From PVC group bacterium (GTDB lineage: Bacteria; Omnitrophota; Gorgyraeia; B26-G9): 64,000 nucleotides of DNA. The notes under the pieces are model-generated. The model had not been told where the DNA came from and did no database searches. It saw only the letters and a list, made by a program, of their open reading frames with translations. The position numbers and the translations under genes are program-made. The stretch covers positions 129,210 to 193,209 of the forward strand of contig JAAEQR010000072.1 of assembly GCA_024231215.1 (NCBI GenBank), given 5' to 3'. Numbering within the stretch: position 1 is the first letter of the stretch; the number at the start of each line of letters is the position of its first letter. Shown here piece after piece: positions 56,619 to 64,000 of the stretch.

Positions 56619-59090
56619 ATGAAGACTGTTTCAGACAGTAAAAAATCAATTAAAATAATAGCATTTGTGCTCATACAAACGATTCTATTTTCTAATGGAG
56701 CATTTTGTCTGGAATCTATTTCTAGCCAAAGAGAGTCTAATGATTTATTATCTCCATCGGTACATATCAGTATAGAATCAATTAAAAGCTCTTTTCAAGG
56801 AATGGATACATCACCCCACATTATTTTCAATAAAAAGCAGATGCAGGAATTAAAAGATTACTTAAAAACTATTCCTTTGGCAGCAGAATCATCGATAAAG
56901 CTAGTTATCTTTGATTGGGGAAATGTGATTCATAATTTTACCTATGAAATTCCTGCTCAACGGTTAGCTGAAGATTTTAAGGTTGAGCCGCAAAAAGCGT
57001 TTAATTTTTTTAAGAAAAGAAATGAAGATCCCAATAATCCTGTGTATAGATATGAAAATGGGATGATTAATCAGAATGAATTGCTATTTGAGATGCGCAG
57101 GTGGTTAAAATCTAATAGCTATGTAAATGAAAATAATTTAACTCATAAAAAATTAGAAGACTTGTTAAACAGTATCTGGATACAACAGATACCCGAAACC
57201 GTAGCTTTAATTCAAGAGTTATATAAAAAGGGATATAAGGTTCGTGTTTTATCAACCACAAATGATATACATTATCGGTTTTTTAGAGATGTGTTGAACC
57301 GACCGGGCAAGGATCAGATACTGGTTGATCCTGATAAGAATTTTTATGGTTCTCATATGATGGAAGATCCGAAGCCGCATCCGAAAAGTTATTTACAGGT
57401 GATCAAAGAGGCGGGAGAGGTTTCTGAAAGTGCAGTATTTATTGATGATAGAGTAGATTCCTGCAATGGAGCAATAAAAGCTGGCGTGGGAGCAGCGGTG
57501 TTATTTGATCCCATATATGCTCTTGAGAGCATTAGGACAACAATGCAGATATTATTAGAAGCTGCATCCGAGAATAAGTTAAGAAAATTACAAGCAAGAG
57601 ATATGATCAATCCCCAAGAGAGTAAGGCATCTATTCAACAAGAAATAACCCGGATGGTTACTCCTTTGCCAGAACAGGATAAACACACTAGTCTATTAAA
57701 TGAAAGTATAAAACGATATCATAATATAACTATTGATCAAAAAGCCTTGGATCGATTTAAAGATATTTGGCAGGTAGACACATTGGATATCGGTACGATG
57801 TGGAAATTGATGCTGGAGCTTACAAACTTACCACTTTTGTCTAAGATAGAAAAGATAGTGGGAGGAGAAAAGCATCATCAGTTATTACATGTAAAAGGGA
57901 CGGTTGATTCGTTAGCCGAGATAAATAAATATAGAAAGGGCACTGCTACAGAAGATGATGTAATTGAGTTTTTAAAGCCAGGATATAAAAATAATCATAT
58001 TTCTCCGGGATGTATTCAGCCGATGTTAGAGCGCTATAATCAGATTGATTCGAAAAAATTAAAAGTTTTAGCTTTGGCTGTGATTTTGCACGATTATGGT
58101 AAGCTGATAGCCTGGTCGAATGAGGGGATAGCGGGAGAAGCCATAGTTTATCATTTTCTGGATAAATTCAGGGAAGCTGGAGTTATTACAGCAGAAGAAA
58201 TGTATTTGACCTTATGTATAACCGTATTACATCTGGATCTTGGCATATTACATTTTATGGAGAGTGTTCCGACAGATATATTGCCCTATCTTGAAAAACA
58301 AAAGACAAAGTTAAAAATATTGAATCCTGAATTTGATGGAAAATCTTTTGAAAGAGATTATTTTCAGCTAGCTTCGATTTTGTATTTTGTTGATTTTTCT
58401 AATATTGGGATGCCAGTAGCAACAGATAATCATATTCGAGATGCGGATTTTTTAGGAGTTAGAGAGAATGTAGAGAAATTACTAAATCCGGAATTATTTG
58501 GACCAGCCAGATTATGGCTAGGTATTTTAGGCGCAGGTCGAGAAGTGGTTGTTTTAGAGGACATGGATAAACAATATGAGAGGAATTTTATAGCTGAGAC
58601 AGAATTGCAAAAGTTCACCTTAGAAGAAAAAGACTATTTATATAATACATTTTTAAAATATGCTGGATTACGAGGTCTTTTGATTTATATATTCAGGCAG
58701 ATGAAAGAGACAAATCCGGAGAATGTGATTAAGTTTGTATATTTATTAATGAAGTTATATGAAAAATGCGGGGCCGAAGAAGTAATAAAAATAGTAGATT
58801 CTTTCCCTGTTAATTTTGTAGAAGATGCTGAATTTATGAATAACTGCATTAATTCTAATTCCGATAAATTAAATATTCCAGCGTTAAGGGAACTATTTGA
58901 AACAAGGTTAACAGAGGAAAAAATGATTAAAGTGATTAACTCCTTAGGCATCCCTATTGTTCGAAATGGAAAAAAGATAACAATTAATTTCAAGTCTCGT
59001 CAGCAGCATTCTCAAGTTGACTTACTAGGGGGTGGGGAGTTGCAGCAGTCTTCTTTTTCAAATGTTACAATTCTAGAACATTCTATTTGA
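56619..59090 (+). CDS. exported HAD-hydrolase-like / HD-domain-like fusion protein (hypothetical)
   Basis: Signal peptide. HAD motifs LVIFDWGNVIHNF (motif I-like) and VFIDDRVDSCNGAIKAGV (motif IV). A later LALAVILHDYGKL resembles an HD-domain metal site. Confidence 0.35.
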   Translation: MKTVSDSKKSIKIIAFVLIQTILFSNGAFCLESISSQRESNDLLSPSVHISIESIKSSFQGMDTSPHIIFNKKQMQELKDYLKTIPLAAESSIKLVIFDWGNVIHNFTYEIPAQRLAEDFKVEPQKAFNFFKKRNEDPNNPVYRYENGMINQNELLFEMRRWLKSNSYVNENNLTHKKLEDLLNSIWIQQIPETVALIQELYKKGYKVRVLSTTNDIHYRFFRDVLNRPGKDQILVDPDKNFYGSHMMEDPKPHPKSYLQVIKEAGEVSESAVFIDDRVDSCNGAIKAGVGAAVLFDPIYALESIRTTMQILLEAASENKLRKLQARDMINPQESKASIQQEITRMVTPLPEQDKHTSLLNESIKRYHNITIDQKALDRFKDIWQVDTLDIGTMWKLMLELTNLPLLSKIEKIVGGEKHHQLLHVKGTVDSLAEINKYRKGTATEDDVIEFLKPGYKNNHISPGCIQPMLERYNQIDSKKLKVLALAVILHDYGKLIAWSNEGIAGEAIVYHFLDKFREAGVITAEEMYLTLCITVLHLDLGILHFMESVPTDILPYLEKQKTKLKILNPEFDGKSFERDYFQLASILYFVDFSNIGMPVATDNHIRDADFLGVRENVEKLLNPELFGPARLWLGILGAGREVVVLEDMDKQYERNFIAETELQKFTLEEKDYLYNTFLKYAGLRGLLIYIFRQMKETNPENVIKFVYLLMKLYEKCGAEEVIKIVDSFPVNFVEDAEFMNNCINSNSDKLNIPALRELFETRLTEEKMIKVINSLGIPIVRNGKKITINFKSRQQHSQVDLLGGGELQQSSFSNVTILEHSI

Positions 59091-59189
59091 CCCCCCTAGC
59101 AATGGATGCCTAATGCGGCCTGAGAAGTCTGATTTACCGACGAGAAATACAATTTCTTCGACCCCTCTAAAATCACTTTAGATATATAC

Positions 59190-59218
59190 TTGCAATGCAA
59201 TGGGTATTTTGCTATAAT
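59190..59218 (+). promoter_or_regulatory. candidate pckG promoter
   Basis: TTGCAA, 17-nt spacer, TATAAT. Confidence 0.55.
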
Positions 59219-59267
59219 CAGGGACTAATATATGAAAAACAATTAACAGAAAGATAGGGAGGGATTT

Positions 59268-61142
59268 ATGTCAGAAACGATAATGTCTTTATTACAGGAT
59301 AAGTGTGGACAAGATAATTTCAAGAAATTAGCTGATCTTAATAATCCAGCTGTTTTAGAGTTTCTTGGTCAATATGTTGAATTATGCAATCCTGATTCAA
59401 TTTTTGTGAGAACTGATGCTGCTGAAGATATTGCTTATTTAAGAAATAGAGCAATTGAGTTAAGGGAAGAAACTTCTCTTAATATAGAAGGTCATACTTA
59501 TCACTTTGACGGAATGAAAGATCAGGCTAGAGACAAGGCGAACACTAAATTCTTAGCAACTGCGGATATGAAGTTTGGTGCCGGGATTAATACTACCGAA
59601 AGAGAAGCTGGTTTAGCAGAGGTTAAAGATATTTTAAAAGGTAGCATGACTGGTAAACAGATGTATGTAATGTTTATGTGTTTAGGACCGGTTAACTCTG
59701 AATTTTCTGTTTATGCGGTACAAATAACAGATTCTACTTATGTAGCACATTCCGAGGATATCCTTTATCGTCCGGCATATGAGGCTTTTAAGAGTAAAGG
59801 ACAAGCTATTGAGTTTTTTAAATATGTCCATTCTGCGGGAGAGCTCCAGAGCAATGTTAGTAAGAATGTGGATAAACGTAGAGTATATATGGATTTGATT
59901 GATGGTATTGTTTTTAGTACAAATACTCAGTATGCAGGAAATACGGTTGGTCTTAAGAAATTGTCTTTACGGTTGGCTATTCAGAAAGCTGACAAAGAAG
60001 GCTGGTTAGCAGAGCATATGTTTGTAATGAGAGTTAATGGGCCGCAAAACAGAGCTACATATTTTACCGGAGCATATCCTAGTTCATGCGGAAAAACTTC
60101 TACCTGTATGGTAAAAGGTGAAAACATTGTTGGCGATGATATTGCTTATTTAAGAAAAAGAGACGGTGTTGTCTATGCGGCAAATGTAGAGCGCGGAATT
60201 TTTGGTATTATCAAAGATGTAAATCCTGATGATGATCCTTTGATCTGGGAACTTCTTAATACTCCGGGTGAAGTTATCCGGTCAAATATCTTAATTAAAG
60301 ATGGCGAGGGGTATTGGCTGGGAAGTGGACAGGATGTGCCGGAAAGCGGAATTAATTATTCAGGAGAATGGCAAAAAGGCAAGACAGATGAAAATGGTAA
60401 GCCGATAAGCTTTGCTCATAATAATGCCCGTTATACAATTCCAATAGCACCATTGAAAAATTGTGACCCAGCTTTGGAAGATCCGAAAGGTGTTCCAGTT
60501 GACGGTATTATTTATGGCGGACGTGATTCAGATACTTGGCCTCCGGTTTTTCAGACTTTGGATTGGGCGCATGGAGTTGTTACAACAGCATGCTCTTTAG
60601 AATCTGAAACTACTGCGGCAACTTTAGGCCAGCAGGGGGTTAGAGTATTCAATCTTATGGCTAACATTGATTTTCTTTCTATTCCAGTTGGTAAATATAT
60701 CCAAAATCATTTAGGCTTTACTGATGATTTAAAGAAAAAGCCGCTTATTTTTGGAGCTAATTACTTTTTGAAAGACAGCGAAGGTAATTATTTAACCGAT
60801 AAGCAAGATAAAAGAGTTTGGCTTAAATGGATGGAGCTTAAGGTTCATGGTGATGTTGAAACTATAGAAACTCCAATAGGTTTATTACCTAAATATGAAG
60901 ATATTAAAAAATTATTTAAAGATGTTATGGATAAAGATTACTCGGAAGAACGATATGTTAAGGAGTTTTCAATAAGAGTAAAAGAAAACATAGCTAAAAT
61001 AGATAGAATTGTTGAGGTCTATAAAACTAAAGTAACTGATACTCCGGCAATTTTGTTTGAGATTTTGGAGCAGCAAAAAGTTCGCCTTACTGAAGCTCAG
61101 GCAAAATTAGGGGATGTTATTGCTCCTTCACAATTTGTTTAA
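59268..61142 (+). CDS. pckG: phosphoenolpyruvate carboxykinase (GTP)
   Basis: AYPSSCGKTSTCM (kinase-1a) and GDDIAYL motifs. About 620 aa, typical of GTP-dependent PEPCK. Confidence 0.85.
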   Translation: MSETIMSLLQDKCGQDNFKKLADLNNPAVLEFLGQYVELCNPDSIFVRTDAAEDIAYLRNRAIELREETSLNIEGHTYHFDGMKDQARDKANTKFLATADMKFGAGINTTEREAGLAEVKDILKGSMTGKQMYVMFMCLGPVNSEFSVYAVQITDSTYVAHSEDILYRPAYEAFKSKGQAIEFFKYVHSAGELQSNVSKNVDKRRVYMDLIDGIVFSTNTQYAGNTVGLKKLSLRLAIQKADKEGWLAEHMFVMRVNGPQNRATYFTGAYPSSCGKTSTCMVKGENIVGDDIAYLRKRDGVVYAANVERGIFGIIKDVNPDDDPLIWELLNTPGEVIRSNILIKDGEGYWLGSGQDVPESGINYSGEWQKGKTDENGKPISFAHNNARYTIPIAPLKNCDPALEDPKGVPVDGIIYGGRDSDTWPPVFQTLDWAHGVVTTACSLESETTAATLGQQGVRVFNLMANIDFLSIPVGKYIQNHLGFTDDLKKKPLIFGANYFLKDSEGNYLTDKQDKRVWLKWMELKVHGDVETIETPIGLLPKYEDIKKLFKDVMDKDYSEERYVKEFSIRVKENIAKIDRIVEVYKTKVTDTPAILFEILEQQKVRLTEAQAKLGDVIAPSQFV

Positions 61143-61155
61143 AAATTAAGGGAGG

Positions 61156-62049
61156 ATGATTATGACTAATAATATAATTTCAACAATAGAATTACCGGGA
61201 ATTAAATTTTTCAAGCGGGGAAAAGTAAGAGAGATATATTACATAGATGATGATAAGCTGCTTATTATCTCATCGGATAGAATATCCTGTTTTGATGTAA
61301 TATTGCCTACACCAATTCCGGCTAAAGGGGAAGTATTGACCCAAATTTCCGGATTTTGGTTTGACTTTACTAAAGATATTATCGGAAATCATCTGATTAC
61401 TTCGGACGTGGATCAATATCCGGAACAGCTACAGCCGTTTAAAGATAAATTGCGTGGTCGGTCTATGCTGGTAAAAAAGACAGAGCCTTTACCGGTTGAG
61501 TGTGTTGTGAGAGGTTATCTGTCTGGATCCGGATGGAAAGATTATGGCAAGACACAGTTAGTGTGTGGGATAAAGCTTCCGGAAGGTTTAAAACAGTCTG
61601 ATAAATTGCCAGAGATTATATTTACTCCGTCGACTAAAGCAGATGTTGGCCATGATGAGAATGTAACTCAAGAATACATAGAAAACTTAATTGGTAAAGA
61701 AACAGCGGATCGTTTAAAAGAAGTAAGTATTGCTATTTATAAAAAAGCAAGTGATTATGCCCGGGAAAAAGGGATTATAATCGCGGATACAAAATTTGAG
61801 TTTGGTAAAATCGGTGATGATATTATCCTAATTGACGAGGTTCTTACGCCTGATTCTTCACGTTTCTGGCCAGAGTCAGAGTATGCTCCCGGCGGGGCAC
61901 AGCCAAGCTTTGATAAGCAGTTTGTAAGAGATTATCTGGAAACACTAGACTGGGATAAAACACCACCTGGGCCGGAATTACCACAGGAAATTACAGAAAA
62001 GACAACTCAAAAATATAAGCAGGCATTGGAAATAATTACTCAAAGCTAA
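61156..62049 (+). CDS. purC: phosphoribosylaminoimidazole-succinocarboxamide synthase (long form)
   Basis: GKVREIYYIDDDKLLIISSDRISCFDV ... SAICAR synthetase motifs. Confidence 0.8.
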   Translation: MIMTNNIISTIELPGIKFFKRGKVREIYYIDDDKLLIISSDRISCFDVILPTPIPAKGEVLTQISGFWFDFTKDIIGNHLITSDVDQYPEQLQPFKDKLRGRSMLVKKTEPLPVECVVRGYLSGSGWKDYGKTQLVCGIKLPEGLKQSDKLPEIIFTPSTKADVGHDENVTQEYIENLIGKETADRLKEVSIAIYKKASDYAREKGIIIADTKFEFGKIGDDIILIDEVLTPDSSRFWPESEYAPGGAQPSFDKQFVRDYLETLDWDKTPPGPELPQEITEKTTQKYKQALEIITQS

Positions 62050-62080
62050 ATATCCTGACATAATGTTGTGTTAAAATCAA

Positions 62081-62113
62081 AATACTACCGTTTTTTAACG
62101 GTAGTATTTTTTT
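62081..62113 (+). terminator. rho-independent terminator after purC
   Basis: AATACTACCGTT-tttt-AACGGTAGTATT followed by TTTTT. Confidence 0.7.
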
Positions 62114-62174
62114 ATGCAGGCATTTTGTGTTTAGTATGATATAATATAATACAAATTATAATCTTTAATAGGAG

Positions 62175-62519
62175 TTGCTGGAAGTGAGACATAAATTACG
62201 GGATAGATGTTGGGAATATATGCGTTGTGGGGAGGAGAAGGCATGTCCGGCCTATCCGGATCATGGCGAAGAATGCTGGTTTCATGCGGGAACGATGAGC
62301 ACCTCAACTGCAGAAAGAAGGTTGGATTTTATACGCAAACGCGCTATGGAAGAAGGAAAAGACATGGATTCTCCGGATTTAATGTATCTTCAACCAATGA
62401 AAAAAAAGAAACGGTGTAAATTTATAGAACGCTATGGAATGTGTCAGTGTTGTCCATATTACCAGTATATGGAGAGAATGAAAAGGCAAATGGGTGGCAG
62501 TAAAAATGTGCAATTTTAG
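62175..62519 (+). CDS. small Cys-rich hypothetical protein (8 Cys, 2 His clusters)
   Basis: RCWEYMRCGEEKACPAYPDHGEECWFHAG ... RCKFIERYGMCQCCPYY. Start ambiguous: TTG 62175, GTG 62184 or ATG 62220. Own promoter-like AT-rich region and the upstream purC terminator. Confidence 0.35.
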   Translation: MLEVRHKLRDRCWEYMRCGEEKACPAYPDHGEECWFHAGTMSTSTAERRLDFIRKRAMEEGKDMDSPDLMYLQPMKKKKRCKFIERYGMCQCCPYYQYMERMKRQMGGSKNVQF

Positions 62520-63073
62520 TTAAAGATTCGCAGGATGTTTTTCAGTTTATCTAAAGGTAATCCTACCACGTTGTAATAATCTCCTACTATTTTTTTTACT
62601 AGTATATCATTACTGTCTTGAACCGCATATGCGCCGGCTTTATCATGATTTTTTTGTGCCAGCATAGTTATTTGGGAAGAAGTAAGTTTGCGGGCAAATA
62701 TGGTAGATTTATCGATATCCACTATTCTTTTACCGGTTTTTGCATTGACTACTGCGATTGCTGTATATACATGGTGTACTGTGTTACTTAACGTAGATAA
62801 GATGTGTTTTGCATCAGCATGATTTTTAGGCTTGCCGAAAATTTTGTTTTGGAATACGACAATAGTGTCTGCTCCGATAACCAGCCCTTGTTTAAGATTT
62901 TTGGCGACTGCTTCTGCTTTAGCTAAGGCGAGTAGGAGGGCATATTGTGCTGGCGAATGATGATTTTTTAAGGACTCAGATATGTTGCTGGGGATTACTT
63001 TGCAGGTAATCCCCAGTTTTTTTAGTAATTGTATTCTTCTTGGAGAACGCGATGCTAAGATTACTGTTTTCAC
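62516..63073 (-). CDS. maf: Maf-like nucleoside-triphosphate pyrophosphatase / septum formation protein
   Basis: VILASRSPRRIQLL ... IGADTIVV motifs of the Maf family. 185 aa. Confidence 0.8.
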   Translation of the reverse strand: MKTVILASRSPRRIQLLKKLGITCKVIPSNISESLKNHHSPAQYALLLALAKAEAVAKNLKQGLVIGADTIVVFQNKIFGKPKNHADAKHILSTLSNTVHHVYTAIAVVNAKTGKRIVDIDKSTIFARKLTSSQITMLAQKNHDKAGAYAVQDSNDILVKKIVGDYYNVVGLPLDKLKNILRIFN

Positions 63074-64000
63074 GGGAGTTTGTTTTTCTCCTCATAGCTG
63101 ACTGGATTAGCTGTCTGTTTTAGTTTTTCAAACCACTTATTTAGATATTCATTACGTTTTTTAGCTAGTATTTTTTCCCGGTATTTTTCTTTTTCAGTTT
63201 CGAATAATGCTTCATCAATAGGGGTAATTGTTTTTAAACTTAAGATACAAAAGCCACGGGAAGTATTAACAAGTTCGGAAACTTTCTGAGGAGGGAGGCT
63301 AAATGCTGTTTTAGTAAAATCCTCGGCAAATCCCAGCTCTTTAATGTATCCGTTTCGGGTGAAATTTTCTGCGGTTTTTAAATCGAGTTTTAGTTGTTTT
63401 GCTGCGTCTTCAAAACTTAAACTTTTGTTTTGCATCGAATCTTTCAGGTTTTTCAGAATTTCTCCAGCTTCTTTTTCCGCTAAAACTTTAGATTCTGTTT
63501 GTTGATATGCTTGCTTGACCTGATCTTTGACAACAGAATATTCGGCAACATATGGCTCTATTTTTTTAATTGGTTTTAAAATATAATAAGCACTGGGAGA
63601 TTTTATTATCTCGCTTATATCTCCTGTTTGCAGAGAAAAAGCAGTTTTTAAAAACTGGAAGTTTAATCCTATGCCGGGAATTTCTTTGGCCATGGAAAAA
63701 GGGCCGGTTTGTTGAACAGTTAATCCGTTTTGCTGCGCTGCTTTGCCAAGATTGGCATCAGCATAAAGTGCATGCAATATCTTACGGGCTTTTTCAGAGG
63801 CAAGATTATTCATCTCTTTTTCTACTAACTTATTTTTTATCGAATCTTTTACCTCTGCCAACAGTTTGTATTTTGTTTTTGGTTCTTCTTTGGGCGTTTC
63901 GGCTGATTCATCATCTTTATCTTTTTTCTCTTCGGCGGCGATAACATAATCTTCTTTATTATTTTCATAATATCTGTCTATGCGTTCGTCATTTATTACA
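63070..64000 (-). CDS. periplasmic chaperone of the PpiD/SurA type (C-terminal part; gene continues beyond the window edge)
   Basis: Minus-strand frame stays open from 63070 to the window end (no upstream stop found by manual translation). K/E-rich chaperone-like sequence. Weak similarity only. Confidence 0.4.
   Translation of the reverse strand, partial: VINDERIDRYYENNKEDYVIAAEEKKDKDDESAETPKEEPKTKYKLLAEVKDSIKNKLVEKEMNNLASEKARKILHALYADANLGKAAQQNGLTVQQTGPFSMAKEIPGIGLNFQFLKTAFSLQTGDISEIIKSPSAYYILKPIKKIEPYVAEYSVVKDQVKQAYQQTESKVLAEKEAGEILKNLKDSMQNKSLSFEDAAKQLKLDLKTAENFTRNGYIKELGFAEDFTKTAFSLPPQKVSELVNTSRGFCILSLKTITPIDEALFETEKEKYREKILAKKRNEYLNKWFEKLKQTANPVSYEEKNKLP

Overview
AT-rich bacterial chromosomal segment, gene-dense and almost entirely plus-strand. 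No taxon is assigned, because no rRNA is present in the window.

Content: (i) housekeeping genes: pcm, priA, fmt, gap, pgi, lexA, hemW, smpB with ssrA (tmRNA), murI, a queD-queC-queE-queF preQ1 operon run together with fumarate hydratase class I, rph, rdgB and an MsbA-like ABC exporter, rpsB-tsf-pyrH-frr, nagA-glmS, a class I aldolase, a Zn-ADH, pckG (GTP) and purC. (ii) A cell-envelope machinery block: an ExeA/MshM-like ATPase, a GspC/PilP-like protein, then two paralogous secretins, each followed by a long coiled-coil protein ending in TPR repeats. Downstream sit an HD-GYP protein, another long coiled-coil protein and a Wza-like polysaccharide-export protein. (iii) A 7.5-kb block of exported or unknown proteins lying between tRNA-Leu and smpB/ssrA. 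(iv) Six tRNAs (Leu, Lys, Glu, Val, Asp) and a tmRNA.

The most unusual sequence-level signal is a GC-rich element of about 135 nt. It sits immediately after tRNA-Lys and again after tRNA-Val, and each copy is followed by a duplicate of the last ~21 nt of the neighbouring tRNA. Further tRNA-Glu 3'-end fragments lie downstream.

Other notable items: a pair of terminator-like structured repeats with their own promoters downstream of tRNA-Leu; a palindromic candidate LexA operator inside the lexA promoter, next to an unannotated 54-aa zf-HC2 mini-ORF; perfect in-frame tandem duplications inside two envelope genes; and tandem GalT-like HIT-family paralogs. No CRISPR array, rRNA, transposase or integrase was recognised.
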